Positions 25,695-39,987 of a stretch of DNA of 64,000 nt are shown one piece after another. The stretch covers positions 177,072,001 through 177,136,000 of the forward strand of contig OZ024742.1 of NCBI GenBank assembly GCA_964016885.1, given 5' to 3'. The stretch comes from Eledone cirrhosa (lineage: Eukaryota). Below the pieces are notes generated by a model. The model worked only from the letters and a program-made list of their open reading frames with translations, was not told the origin of the DNA and did not search any database. Numbering within the stretch: position 1 is the first letter of the stretch; every line of letters begins with the position of its first letter. Both the position numbers and the translations under genes were made by a program.

Positions 25695-27029
25695 TTAACT
25701 GTATACTTTGTGAAAAGTTCTATGGAATTTATGCAGGCAGATAGAAAACAAATCTGAGCGTCTATTTATTATAGAATCTAGGTTAGAGATAATGGTAAAT
25801 TTTTCATTTAGGCAGAGATTACAGATTTTAGATAGAGAGCTGTTCAAGTATGAGGATGCAGAAGAAATCTTCTTCCAAAAGATGGTATATTTAATGTTTT
25901 TGTCTTTTAAGGACCATATGAGTTCTGAGAGAGCAGTGTTAGTTCTTTTAAGTTTGTATTTGAAAGATGAATGATGATTATAGAGACGAGCTTTAAAAGA
26001 GGTGGAAGTGGAGCCAAAATAGGTGAAGGAATTGGTGCTAGTTATAATTTTACATTCATAAATTAAGTTTTTATCGAGGCAATGGTTGTTGAGAGGACAT
26101 TTATTTTTAATGCGGCAGTTGCAATTAGAGAGATTATTAATGAGTGATCTAGTGTTATCTATAGAAGGAATTGGATTGGAGAAGTTGTTTGCGATAGGAA
26201 TAATAGGAATAATAGTTTCTTGATTTAGAGTTGCATTATGAACATTTAGCGAAGTTGTGTTTGACGTTGTATTTGGGTTTACAGAAGTTAGCCTAGGGTT
26301 TACAATGACGTCGGGAGTACTATTACTGTTATTATGAAATTCAATATTGGAAGGAAGAGATTTAGTATTTAATATTTTGTTGTTGTGTTTAGAGATGATG
26401 TTGGAAATATTGGAGGATGTAGAATACGAAAATTTGATGGTGTGTTTGTTAAATATTTTACTATAGATATGTGAGGGAGGGAAGCATTTATTTAAGGCAC
26501 TAAAAAATAATTTAGGAATATTGTTATTAATAGAGATGGAGAAAGGAGCATTATACCAGATTATGTTTTTGTATCTAGGTCTTTTATTAAAATTATTGGA
26601 ATGGTTATGATTAATTATTCTACTGTAAGTTTTTCTAGAATTTGTTTCTTTATTATATTTGATTTTATCTGGATAGCCGGCTTTAGAAAGTGCGTTATTA
26701 TAGTAATTGGCGTTAGCATCAGATATGTTTTTATTAGAAGATATGTTAGATATTCTATTTCCAATATTATTAACTATAGCATTCTTGATATTGGTAGGAT
26801 GGTTAGATTTAAAGTTAACATAATTAAGGTTCTCATTGTTTTTATGGTAAGGGTAATATAGGCCAGTGTCAAGATTAAGAGACACATCCAAGAAATTAGC
26901 TAGTTTGATACTATTATCAAATTCAATTTTTAGGTTATGTTGGTTAAAGAGATTACGTATATTGTTCTTAATAATATTAAGTTTAACTATATTGCAATTT
27001 AGGATAGTAAAGAGTCCATCGTCACGATA
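25695..27029 (-). CDS. PLE RT C-terminal half + GIY-YIG (5'-truncated ORF)
   Basis: YRDDGL at about 27012-27029, FLDVSLNL, SNHP, IWYNAPFS, KFSYS, CNCRIKNKCPLNNHCL, YFGSTSTSFKARLYNH, CNLCLNEK. Confidence 0.88.
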   Translation of the reverse strand, partial: YRDDGLFTILNCNIVKLNIIKNNIRNLFNQHNLKIEFDNSIKLANFLDVSLNLDTGLYYPYHKNNENLNYVNFKSNHPTNIKNAIVNNIGNRISNISSNKNISDANANYYNNALSKAGYPDKIKYNKETNSRKTYSRIINHNHSNNFNKRPRYKNIIWYNAPFSISINNNIPKLFFSALNKCFPPSHIYSKIFNKHTIKFSYSTSSNISNIISKHNNKILNTKSLPSNIEFHNNSNSTPDVIVNPRLTSVNPNTTSNTTSLNVHNATLNQETIIPIIPIANNFSNPIPSIDNTRSLINNLSNCNCRIKNKCPLNNHCLDKNLIYECKIITSTNSFTYFGSTSTSFKARLYNHHSSFKYKLKRTNTALSELIWSLKDKNIKYTIFWKKISSASSYLNSSLSKICNLCLNEKFTIISNLDSIINRRSDLFSICLHKFHRTFHKVYS

Positions 27030-28353
27030 AATCCACCGCGAAGTTGAGGAACTAGCGTGACGATGGACTCTTTACTATCCTAAATTGCAATATAGTTAAA
27101 CTTAATATTATTAAGAACAATATACGTAATCTCTTTAACCAACATAACCTAAAAATTGAATTTGATAATAGTATCAAACTAGCTAATTTCTTGGATGTGT
27201 CTCTTAATCTTGACACTGGCCTATATTACCCTTACCATAAAAACAATGAGAACCTTAATTATGTTAACATAAAAACAATGAGAACCTTAATTATGTCTCT
27301 AACCTAGATTCTATAATAAATAGACGCTCAGATTTGTTTTCTATCTGCCTGCATAAATTCCATAGAACTTTTCACAAAGTATACAGTTAATATTCAATTC
27401 TTTATCAATTTAGAATCTTTTCTCAAAGGCACATATACATACACCTCTTTAAAATATACCCATCTACCTTACTTTAAAGGGCATTATACACTCTGTAATA
27501 CTCGTTTACTCATTACCCTCATTCTATCTTCTCGTAAAATCATAGCATTTGTTTTTGTCATTTGAATATTCATCCGCAATCATTATTATTTTTTCTCTCT
27601 ATCATAAATCTTTTTAATCTCAATTTCATCCTTAATTTATTATTATTTTTTTCTCCCCATCAACGAACTCATTATTAATACATATTAACTCTTTATTCGC
27701 ACATATCATATACAAACTTTAACTTCACATTATTTTTCTCAAATCCTTCTACACACAAACCTTAACAATTTTTCTCTTCGCTAATTTTGAAATTGCCACA
27801 ATACATACATTTCTTCACCTACAATTATTATTTTTATTTTTTTTTTCTCTCTATCTTCATACATAATTTCCCTTCGTTAATTTTCAAATTCCTTTAATTT
27901 ATACATTATCTTCCAACGGTTCCCAACCTCTCTATATTAAAACAATATATCTTTTTCTCAGTTATAAAAACTATCTCTTTCTCTCTATCACCCATCTCTC
28001 CCTCCCCACCTTCACTCTCATCTCCTCCCCCCTTTTTTTCATCCTTTCCACACCCCCCTCTCTAAATAAAATATTTTTCCTCGCACATATCCTCCCTTCG
28101 TTAATTTTCAAAATTTTTAATTTATACAGTATCTTCCAACGGTTTTCAACCTCTCTATGTAAAAAATATATTTCCTCTCAGTTATAAAAACTATCTCTTT
28201 CTCTCTATCACCCATCTCTCCCTCTCATCTCCTCCCCTTTCATCCTTCCCCCCCCTCTCTAAATAAAATATTTTTCCCAATATCACACATCAATCTGCAA
28301 TTAAAACTGCACTATCCACAAGTGTTTTTTAGCCTTCATATCATGTTCTCCTG

Positions 28354-28420
28354 TTTTATCTGATGAAAACACAAATATTATTGCTTGATGATGTTTGTTT
28401 TTGAAATGCGCATAATAAAA
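28354..28420 (+). ncRNA. Type-I hammerhead ribozyme motif (right arm)
   Basis: ttttat-CTGATGA-[long stem II aaacacaaatatta...tgatgtttgttttt]-GAAA-tgcgca-TA-ataaaa. Canonical core, palindromic stem III. Confidence 0.85.
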
Positions 28421-28543
28421 TATATGGAACTCCTTTAACCATCTTTTGATCTTATATTATGCATACTCCAGTCCCACAAACTGTAGAGTGCTTCTTATCC
28501 GATATCTGCATTGCTTTATTGTACTACAATAAAACTCACCTCC

Positions 28544-29042
<499 letters not shown>

Positions 29043-29268
29043 GTGTGAAAGACCAAAGGTCATTATTGAAAGTATCTGGATTTCGCAAAATACACATTTC
29101 TTATTGGGGAAGTTAAGATATTTTTCCGCATAAATGTGATTGCGCTGTTTTGTTTGCACTTATGTATTTTTTGAAAATTGTTATTTATTCATAATAAAAA
29201 GTCAATGATAGCATTCTAGATGTATGTGAGCCCTTTTCATTTATAATTACGAAGAACAAAATCCGAAG

Positions 29269-29311
<43 letters not shown>

Positions 29312-30802
29312 AAAAGTATATATAAAATATATAAATCCATAGAACAAATATTTATAATAAGTACAGAATAAAATGTATGCCAAAATTTTGAGTGAAAGCA
29401 GAAATTCTTTTAACAGCCTAATTTTCGTTGTTTTCCTCATCGGAGACACCTTTGATAGGGAGTCTCGGACCCTCCCTTATGACTACCTATCCAGATGTCG
29501 ACATGAATATCTGTGTTCATAAAACTGACAAGATACAGGAAATCATCCAATTCCCAAATCTTCGAATCATAAAAAGCAACTATTTATTTATTTGACGCAG
29601 CATTGAGATGCTAGAAGCTTATTTTGTCAGCATTAAAAAAGAGTCCATTTGACTTATTGCAGCCTCCATGTTATGTTACACGCGTTCTGTTTCTCGGTAG
29701 GTGTTTTCAAGCAGGACTATGTCATTCGTATAAGCTGTTTCAGGTAGAGCTTCCTCTTTATGTCAGGCACTCCGTCGGCGTGTCAGCATTATTCTGTCTG
29801 ATAGTGCAATTGCATTACAGAGTGCATGGCCAAGACATATAAAAAAAGGACAGGGGGCAAATGATCTCCTTGGAGGAATGCGGTATCAAAAGAATATAGG
29901 TCTGAGAATCCCTCAGACCTAAATCATGAAGTACCCTTATACAATGCTACCAAAGTATTGTGTACCTTTTTGAACTATAGTTATCTCCCCATACCCATGG
30001 GGATTCCGTGCAAAATTAGATATATATTTTGATGTATTGCATTTGTGTGTCTGTGGTTATGTTTCTGTTGTTCACCGTATATATGAATCGTATCGTATCA
30101 GTTCTACAAAATGAAATCGACAAAGTACGTATCAGACTTGAAAAGAAACAATCTATCAAGACTTGAAAAAAAAACAAACAAACAAGTAAGAAGGTAACCT
30201 TAGTCCATCCATATTCATTTTATTATACGTATTCCGAAGAAGAATGGCTTTTGTATAACATCTGCCAAGTTCTCTTCAGATAAAACCAACAGGAGATAAA
30301 AAAAAACCGTTGATATGCCTCCGGTCACACGAGTTGTTCATTTAGGCGGCTGGCCAGCATATTCCTGGAAAGACTTCACAGTAGAACTAACAGGAGTGGG
30401 TGATACATCTTATAGTTGGCGTTGCTGTTTGTGAACTGGCCGCCATAAGTGTAATAAAACTTGATAATTCAAGAATATTTAGCAGGACTAAACCAGCCAT
30501 TTGAACAAAGACCCCCCCCCCCAATCACTGACCACTCCCGAAGAAAAACAAATAGAAGGAAAAACAAGGGAACTTTTAAGAATTTTTTTGGGTTAGAATG
30601 TCTGCCAATATATGGATTAAACCCCTTGAGGAGTTAAACTAGATTCCCACTGCTCGAATACTGGCGCTTTAGTTCTGAGCAATCTGTCGAAATAGCCGAA
30701 GCACAGGCGTTGGGTCCTGAATTTGTTCATATTACCACTCTACTACAGCAAATATCCGGTACTCTGGTGGGTTATTGTCTCGATGGATTTTACCACACCC
30801 TA

Positions 30803-30858
<56 letters not shown>

Positions 30859-30866
30859 GATATGTA

Positions 30867-30902
<36 letters not shown>

Positions 30903-30948
30903 GATATGTATCTGATATATATATATATATATATATATCTGATATGTA

Positions 30949-31000
<52 letters not shown>

Positions 31001-31076
31001 AAAAAGGGATGAAATCGAAAATGCAACTGAAGTCTTAATTTTTTTTTTTTTTTTAAATATATATATTTATTTGGTT

Positions 31077-31114
31077 CCTTTACCGGTTTCGCAGTTCTTC
31101 TGCTTTTCAAAAGG
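31077..31114 (-). ncRNA. Hammerhead-like motif with variant core (UUGAAAA)
   Basis: cctt-TTGAAAA-gcag aagaa ctgc-GAAA-ccgg-TA-aagg. Stems are intact. The right arm has lost the core by deletion (near 37288). Confidence 0.6.
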
Positions 31115-31626
31115 TGAGTTGAGATGGAGGGTCTGTGGTTTTTCTCACATCTGGTTGGTCTCTAAATGTTACTTGTTTTATATGGAAAAACTGGCTCGAA
31201 AACCAGGTTTTTCGAGAAGTAATTTGATTGGTTTGTCAATAATTATAATAAATTTCGCGCCAGTTCGCGTTACAATAGTTCTTCAAATAAGAGAGGGGGG
31301 GGGGGTTTGTCACAGGTTGTTTTTTCATATGAGTGTTTGAATTTCTTTTTACTTGAAAAAATGAGGCTCACGAAGGCTTTTTTTTGGTTGGTTATAAATG
31401 AAATTTGGCTGTCACGTGAACAAGTTTTCATTACATTTTTGCGCCCCTATTTGGAAAACTATTCTGTAGTCTTTATAGTGAATGTTATGACAATGGAGAG
31501 ATAGTGGTCAAGGGAAAAGGGATTGGGAGAAATGTTCTGGTTCAGTGAATATGGCAGCTGTCAGAGTTCAGGTGTCAGAGTTCAGATTTTCTATTGAGAC
31601 TGAAGATATGTGTTTATTTGTGTGCT

Positions 31627-31659
<33 letters not shown>

Positions 31660-32153
31660 ATGTGTGTATTGGAAGATGATTCTATTAGTAGAGATGGGGA
31701 GGGAGTTGTGTGTGTGTGTATATGGGTGTTATGTGTGTGTGTGCGAGTATGTTAGATAGAGAGAATATATATTTTTTGTGTGTGTGTATATATATATATG
31801 TGTGTAGGAAAGTGGTTCTATTAGTAGAAATGGGGAGGGTGTTGTAGGTGTGGGGTTTTTTATGTGTGTGTATGGGTGTTATGTGTGTGGGAGTATGGTT
31901 AGCATGTTAAGATGTAGAGAATATATATATATATATATATATATTGTGTGTGTGTGTATGTGTGTGTGTAGGAAAATGATTCCTTTAGTAGGAATATTTT
32001 TGAATGAACATATTTTCCTGACTTTTTCGTGTTTGCTGTTGTATTGCCAGTGCAAACGTATGTTTAAGGTTTATTTAGTTCGGGTTTTTATTTTCTAAAG
32101 TAGGTGTTATGTGTGTGTGTGTATGTCATATTGTGGTGTTGACATAATGTATA

Positions 32154-33770
32154 TTAAACCTTATTTAATGTTGGTCTATATTTTTGAATAAACATATTTT
32201 CCTTATTTATTCGCATTTGTTCTGTTGTATTGTTAGCGCAAAGGTAAAATGGGAAGACTTGGAATTTGGGTGTCTTATTACTTGCGCAAATGTCTAGATG
32301 TGCACTTCGTGGTATTTGTCTCGTGGTTGGATCTCGTAATTGTTGGCGATGAACTGTCATTCTGTTTCTGAGTGTGAGTTTAGTTTGTCCTATATAATCT
32401 TCATTGCATCCTTTACATTTAATGGCATAAATTAGATTTTTTGATGAGCAAGTGAAGTGATTTTTTACAGTAAAATTTTGTCCTGATTTAAATGTATACG
32501 TGTTGCCTTCAATGAGGTGAGTGCAGGTTCCACAATTAGAGCGACCACATTTTTTGATACTTGGTTGTGGGTTTGTGGTAGGTAATTTGGCATTGGTGAG
32601 TAATGTTTTCAGTGATTTTGGTTGTCTTTTGCTTTTGATTATTTTGTGTGTTTCAAGGGTTTTTTTCATTCTTGGGTTTTGTTTTAGTAGTGGGATGTTA
32701 TTGTGAATAGTGTTGTAAGCTTCCGCATTTCTTGGGTTGTGTGTTGAGATATATGATAGAATATTGGACGTACCTTGAATTTGTTTCTGTTTCCGTAATT
32801 CATCAATGCCTATTGCTTTAGCCCTTTCTATTCCATTATTTATTAGTAATAGTGGGTACTCTCTCTCAAGTAGAATTTCCTTTAATTCTTGAAGTCTTTT
32901 ATTTCGCGTTTCATAATTGTAGACAATTGTGCAAATTCTTCTTGCTAGGTTAAAAGGAATGTTCGTCTTCGTGTGCTTTGGATGGTTGGAGGTGAATAGC
33001 AGATATTGTTTGGAATCTGTTGGTTTGTAGTGTATGTCAGTTTCGATATGTGTGTCTTTTTTTTTTATTAAGATGTCCAGAAATGGGAGTTGATCTTGGC
33101 TGTATTCCATTGTGAATTGGATGTGGTTATTGATGCCGTTTATTAAGTTTTTGAAATCCTTCAGTTGGTCGAGTGTGTGGGACCAAAGAATGAGGCAATC
33201 ATCCAAGTAGCGTTTCCAATTCTCTGATAAATATTTGTGGAAGTATATCTGGACTTCTAAGTATGCCATGACTAAGTTGGCATAAGTTGGAGCGGCTTTT
33301 GTGCCCATCGCAGTCCCCGATATTTGCTTGTAAGTATTGCCATCGAAATCAAAAAAGTTGTTCTGTAGGATGAATTTTAATCCCTCGGTGATGAAGCTTT
33401 TTTCTATTCTGTCAGGTATCTCATTGGGATATTTCTCTAGCCAGAATCCTATTGCTTCTAGTCCGTATTGGTGTGGGATCGTTGTGTAGAGATTCACTAC
33501 ATCGAAAGACACAATAATAGTGTCGTTGTTGACATGTTTGGGGAGGTGGTTTAAGAGGTCCAGATCGTCTCTTACAAGGCTTGGTATGTGTTTCAGTATT
33601 GGTTTCAGTAGTATGTCTATAAAGTTGCTCAATCTGTGTGTTTCACGTTGTGGGCCCGCTACAATTGGTCTTAATTTAAGGTCTGTGGGGTATTGTGTGT
33701 TCACGCAGGCTGAGGTGGATTGTTTACAGGCATCGTTGATTATTTTACATTTGTGGATCTTCGGAAGTCC
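32154..33770 (-). CDS. PLE RT + GIY-YIG, 5'-truncated, stop-free (left arm)
   Basis: GLPKIHK, LRPIVAG, SFDVVNLYT, GTAMGT, RYLDD, LPFLD, CGRSNCGTC, LIYAIKC..C..YIGQT..LRNR, TLN. Confidence 0.92.
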   Translation of the reverse strand, partial: GLPKIHKCKIINDACKQSTSACVNTQYPTDLKLRPIVAGPQRETHRLSNFIDILLKPILKHIPSLVRDDLDLLNHLPKHVNNDTIIVSFDVVNLYTTIPHQYGLEAIGFWLEKYPNEIPDRIEKSFITEGLKFILQNNFFDFDGNTYKQISGTAMGTKAAPTYANLVMAYLEVQIYFHKYLSENWKRYLDDCLILWSHTLDQLKDFKNLINGINNHIQFTMEYSQDQLPFLDILIKKKDTHIETDIHYKPTDSKQYLLFTSNHPKHTKTNIPFNLARRICTIVYNYETRNKRLQELKEILLEREYPLLLINNGIERAKAIGIDELRKQKQIQGTSNILSYISTHNPRNAEAYNTIHNNIPLLKQNPRMKKTLETHKIIKSKRQPKSLKTLLTNAKLPTTNPQPSIKKCGRSNCGTCTHLIEGNTYTFKSGQNFTVKNHFTCSSKNLIYAIKCKGCNEDYIGQTKLTLRNRMTVHRQQLRDPTTRQIPRSAHLDICASNKTPKFQVFPFYLCANNTTEQMRINKENMFIQKYRPTLNKV

Positions 33771-36262
33771 CCTGCCCACACAGAGCCTGTTCCAAAACCA
33801 TAGATCCCAGCCCACACAAAGGAACCAAATCTACAACCCGGACTATCAACAAACCGAACCTCAATACGTCCGAAACTTCTATACAAGACCACACAACAAC
33901 AGGGGAAATACCATTAGATATAATAATACCAATGAAAAAACATTCCAGAAAAATCATTTTTTAGACCAAGGCTACAGGACTCACGACACCCGGTGGCACA
34001 AACCGATTTTGAAAAACCGAAAATAATTAACATTTCAAATACAAACACTCAGCCCAACAAGTAAAAATTCTCTCCAAAAGTCTGAAATTCACACCAACAC
34101 CACAATATCCTAACCCCAACGAGATAAATGACGATATCTCACACTTCTGTAGAAAATTACGTCTCACAGAGGAATTCTTTGACAAGGAGAATAACGACGA
34201 ATCAATTGTACGGAATAAAAGCAGCTACAACCCAACAAAAGGTAGAAACAGAGTTCTGGACAAATTTTGTGACCACATAGCTACCTTCCCATACCATGAA
34301 CTACCGCAACCTAAACCCAAACCCAACACAAGTCGAAGGGAATGGGAGATTATCCATGAACTAAAAATCAATCCGGACATTGTAATTAAGGAAGCGGACA
34401 AGGGAAGTACTGTTGTCATTATGGAGGCTGAAAAATATAAAAATTCTATGTTCTCTCTCTTACAAAATGCTAATGACTATGAAAGAGTAAAAAACTACCA
34501 GCAATCAAAAATAATGACCAAATTAAACACACTGATTTATCGATACCAGGAAGACCTAACTAAAAAGGAACGCGATTATTTAACAAATTTTGAATACAAA
34601 ACCAGCAACCTTTACGGACTTCCGAAGATCCACAAATGTAAAATAATCAACGATGCCTGTAAACAATCCACCTCAGCCTGCGTGAACACACAATACCCCA
34701 CAGAACTTAAATTAAGACCAATTGTAGCGGGCCCACAATGTGAAACACACAGATTGAGCAACTTTATAGACATACTACTGAAACCAATACTGAAACACAT
34801 ACCAAGCCTTGTAAGAGACGATCTGGACCTCTTAAACCACCTCCCCAAACATGTCAACAACGACACTATTATTGTGTCTTTCGATGTAGTGAATCTCTAC
34901 ACAACGATCCCACACCAATACGGACTAGAAGCAATAGGATTCTAGCTAGAGAAATATCCCAATGAGATACCTGACAGAATAGAAAAAAGCTTCATCACCG
35001 AGGGATTAAAATTCATCCTACAGAACAACTTTTTTGATTTCGATGGCAATACTTACAAGCAAATATGGGGGACTGCGATGGGCACAAAAGCCGCTCCAAC
35101 TTATGCCAACTTAGTCATGGCATACTTAGAAGTCCAGATATATGAACAGTCCAAATCAAAATACGGATTGAACTTCCACAAATATTTATCAGAGAATTGG
35201 AAACGCTACTTAGATGATTGCCTCATTCTTTGGTCCCACACACTCGACCAACTGTAGGATTTCAAAAACTTAATAAACGGCATCAATAACCACATCCAAT
35301 TCACAATGGAATACAGCCAAGATCAACTCCCATTTCTGGACATCTTAATCAAAAAAAAAGACACACATATCGAAACTGACATACACTACAAACCAACAGA
35401 TTCCAAACAATATCTGCTATTCACCTCCAACCATCCAAAGCACACGAAGACGAACATTCCTTTTAACCTAGCAAGAAGAATTTGCACAATTGTCTACAAT
35501 TATGAAACGCGAAATAAAAGACTTCAAGAATTAAAGGAAATTCTACTTGAGAGAGAGTACCCACTATTACTAATAAATAATGGAATAGAAAGGGCTAAAG
35601 CAATAGGCATTGATGAATTACGGAAACAGAAACAAATTCAAGGTACGTCCAATATTCTATCATATATCTCAACACACAACCCAAGAAATGCGGAAGCTTA
35701 CAACACTATTCACAATAACATCCCACTACTAAAACAAAACCCAAGAATGAAAAAAGCCCTTGAAACACACAAAATAATCAAAAGCAAAAGACAACCAAAA
35801 TCACTGAAAACATTACTTACCAATGCCAAATTACCTACCACAAACCCACAACCAAGTATCAAAAAATGTGGTCGCTCTAATTGTGGAACCTGCACTCACC
35901 TCATTGAAGGCAACACGTATACATTTAAATCAGGACAAAATTTTACTGTAAAAAATCACTTCACTTGCTCATCAAAAAATCTAATTTATGCCATTAAATG
36001 TAAAGGATGCAATGAAGATTATATAGGACAAACTAAACTCACACTCAGAAACAGAATGACAGTTCATCGCCAACAATTACGAGATCCAACCACGAGACAA
36101 ATACCACTAAGTGCACATCTAGACATTTGCGCAAGTAATAAGACACCCAAATTCCAAGTCTTCCCATTTTACCTTTGCGCTAACAATACAACAGAACAAA
36201 TGCGAATAAATAAGGAAAATATGTTTATTCAAAAATATAGACCAACATTAAATAAGGTTTAA
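33771..36262 (+). pseudogene. PLE ORF (N-terminal region, RT, GIY-YIG) with premature stops
   Basis: LKFTPTP, FCRKLRL.E.F and IKEADKG lie upstream of the RT. TAG stops at 34943 and 35255; YLDD at about 35207. Confidence 0.9.
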
Positions 36263-36754
36263 TATACATTATGTCAACACCACAATATGACATACACACA
36301 CACACATAACACCTACTTTAGAAAATAAAAACCCGAACTAAATAAACCTTAAACATACGTTTGCACTGGCAATACAACAGCAAACACGAAAAAGTCAGGA
36401 AAATATGTTCATTCAAAAATATTCCTACTAAAGGAATCATTTTCCTACACACACACATACACACACACACAATATATATATATATATATATATATTCTCT
36501 ACATCTTAACATGCTAACCATACTCCCACACACATAACACCCATACACACACATAAAAAACCCCACACCTACAACACCCTCCCCATTTCTACTAATAGAA
36601 CCACTTTCCTACACACATATATATATACACACACACAAAAAATATATATTCTCTCTATCTAACATACTCGCACACACACACATAACACCCATATACACAC
36701 ACACACAACTCCCTCCCCATCTCTACTAATAGAATCATCTTCCAATACACACAT

Positions 36755-36787
<33 letters not shown>

Positions 36788-37432
36788 AGCACACAAATAA
36801 ACACAAATAAACACATATCTTCAGTCTCAATAGAAAATCTGAACTCTGACACCTGAACTCTGACACTGAACCAGAACATTTCTCCCAATCCCTTTTCCCT
36901 TGACCACTATCTCTCCATTGTCATAACATTCACTATAAAGACTACAGAATAGTTTTCCAAATAATGTAATGAAAACTTGTTCACGTGACAGCCAAATTTC
37001 ATTTATAACCAACCAAAAAAAAGCCTTCGTGAGCCTCATTTTTTCAAGTAAAAAGAAATTCAAACACTCATATATGAAAAAAAAACCTGTGACAACCCCC
37101 CCCCCCCTCTCTTATTTGAAGAACTATTGTAACGCGCACTGGCGCGAAATTTATTATAATTATTGACAAACCAATCAAATTACTTCTCGAAAAACCTGGT
37201 TTTCGAGCCAGTTTTTCCATATAAAACAAGTAATATTTAGAGACCAACCAGATGTGAGAAAAACCACAGACCCTCCATCTCAACTCATCGAAACCGGTAA
37301 AGGAACCAAATAAATATATATATTTTAAAATAAATAAGACTTCAGTTGCATTTTCGATTTCATCCCTTTTTCTTTATACTTCCACTCGTGTAGGACACCT
37401 CGGTTATTTTTCATTTTGTAAAAAAAAACCTC

Positions 37433-37554
<122 letters not shown>

Positions 37555-37597
37555 CATATACACACAGATATATATATATACATACATATATACACAC

Positions 37598-37658
<61 letters not shown>

Positions 37659-37665
37659 CATATAT

Positions 37666-38221
37666 ACAATATATAAAAGAATCACATTTTTGTTTAATGC
37701 ATTTAAGAGCTAACGATCGTTTCTTCCAGACAATTGTCTGGTTAACATCGGAGCATACACAATGTTAAAACAAATAAATTCCTAATAATTAGAACATTCA
37801 TTGATATATATATACTCTTCGTATATTAATTTCAGGTATTATTCCTTGCATCTATGATATAGCTTCAAAACAGCTTCTTTTTATAATACTTCTGAATGTG
37901 TTGCTGTCTTTTCATTGTGATATTCTTTTGCTGTCATTCTTCTGTATATTGTAACTGACACTAATAATTATAATTAGTCTTCTCAAATATAATGTATCTT
38001 AATGAACGTTCTATGAATTAGGAATTTATTTGTTATAACATTGTATCTGCTCCGATGATTCCAGACATTTGTCTGGAAGAAACGATCATTAGCTAAAAAA
38101 TTTGATTGTTTTCTATGTTGTATTTCTGCTCCGTAGTATATCTAATATTTTACTTTGAGTTGATTTTGTTACTGGTAACTGGTAAATACAAAAATTACCC
38201 TTATCTTATTTACAATTGTAT
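37666..38221. mobile_element. Diverged miniature palindrome 8 (PLE-like by architecture): arms about 37666-37806 and 37995-38123, tail to about 38221
   Basis: Inverted arms with mismatches, an HHR in each, TA-rich flanks. Confidence 0.7.
38049..38093 (+). ncRNA. Hammerhead motif (mirror copy at 37709-37754, minus strand)
   Basis: gct-CCGATGA-[ttccagac attt gtctggaa]-GAAA-cgatc(a/g)-TT-agc. The left copy keeps the palindromic cgatcg. Confidence 0.65.
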
Positions 38222-38487
38222 ATAGATTATATATATAGGTATAACTATTATTGTTACTATTATTATTATTATTATATATATATATAACATATATATAGAG
38301 AATATAATTGGCTGTGTAGTTGCTAGTTAAGTTAGGCTTAAAAATAAGAATAATAATAACAAGAAATCAAGAACGGGCTGGAGGTCTCCTCTAGAGTTGT
38401 CTGCTGGGGGTCTCGGATATTTGAACGCATTAACACATACATACACACACACATAAAACACACACACACACACACACCACACACACA

Positions 38488-38529
<42 letters not shown>

Positions 38530-38709
38530 CGTTTTTTCGTTCTTTGCCAGCGAACGTTACCACGATCCAAAGTATCGTCTTCCTGTCTTCCTCCGGTTGC
38601 AATGTTTTTTGAAATATCCAGTTCTGCGTTTACAGATTGACTTTGTTAGTTTCAGAAGATTCCGTTAAGGGTGAAAGCAGCGATTCTTTGCTTAAACTTT
38701 AATCTGTTA

Positions 38710-38752
<43 letters not shown>

Positions 38753-39291
38753 AATATCTTTAACCAATCAGTTCCAACAGGTAAAAGACTAAAAGAGTAA
38801 ACGTTCATTTTGTTCACGCAGGATAATGGAATTTGTGTCTAGGGTGTTCCCCTGTGAAGCACAACCCCAGTAAATCTGTTTTGCGTAAGCATACAATCCT
38901 CACCTCTGTACATTATATGTGTTGTCCACGGGACAGGCAGACCGTATAGCGCTTGGAACCTATGAATTCGCAACTCGTGTTCACAACTTGAACAACGTGA
39001 AATAAAGAACACAACGCACCACCGGTTCATTCTAGTTCTGAAGATAGACACATGAATTCTCCGAAGCATTAATACAAAAAGTGATTAGGACAACTAATGT
39101 TTTAAACTAAGCACAAAGAATTAATAAGGGAATACCAGAAATACTTAACACAAATTATACAACACCAGAACAAGAGTATTTTGATTATAACATATTTGTG
39201 AAAAATGCTGCTCCCTAACAATGCACACACACACACACACACGCACGCGCGCACACGCACACACATACACACACACACGCACACACACATT

Positions 39292-39322
<31 letters not shown>

Positions 39323-39731
39323 ATATATATGCGTATATGTACATATATATATATGTGTGTGTGTGTCTATGGGTGGGTGTGTGTGTGTGTATGTGTGTAT
39401 GTACGTCTATGTGTGTATATAATCCCAAACAATTTTCGAATACGAATACATAGTATAGAACAATAATTTATTTCAAAGACAATGGAATATAAATTCTCTC
39501 TGTGCATGATGTTTGATCTGTTAGGCACATATTTGGTTTTTGAATTAAATCCCAGGACATTCTAGATATCTTAATGCCAATCTACAGTTTCTAAAAATTA
39601 GATTCCACTTAGTCACCAGACATTAATTTCATGTTTACCGATCAGTGCACACCTTATCTAATCAGGGGCCTACTCTAAACATCAGTAGTTCCATATAAAA
39701 CATTGGACACATACACACATACATAGTTACG

Positions 39732-39774
<43 letters not shown>

Positions 39775-39831
39775 GTATATGTGTATGTATATATATATAT
39801 ATATCTATATATATATAAATATGTATATGTG

Positions 39832-39878
<47 letters not shown>

Positions 39879-39885
39879 ATATGTG

Positions 39886-39917
<32 letters not shown>

Positions 39918-39922
39918 CATAA

Positions 39923-39987
<65 letters not shown>

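Larger units (their letters stand above)
24592..28547. mobile_element. PLE palindrome 3 (Naiad-type): arms 24592-27026 and 27056-28455; right arm has a ~1-kb internal deletion and the tail (28456-28547)
   Basis: Reverse-complementary arms meet at the RT (Y)RDDGL motif. HHR in both arms; (TA)n on both flanks. Confidence 0.93.

Noticed and set aside
29400-29450. Minus-strand CCGATGA...GAAA hammerhead-like motif downstream of (TA)n
   Set aside because: Stems I-III do not pair convincingly. It may be a decayed PLE end, but that is unsupported.
33771-33815. N-terminus MGWDLWFWNRLCVGR of the 553-aa ORF, and similar starts at 13287-13350 and 40895-40953
   Set aside because: These are read-through across the inversion junction into antisense sequence, not real protein starts.
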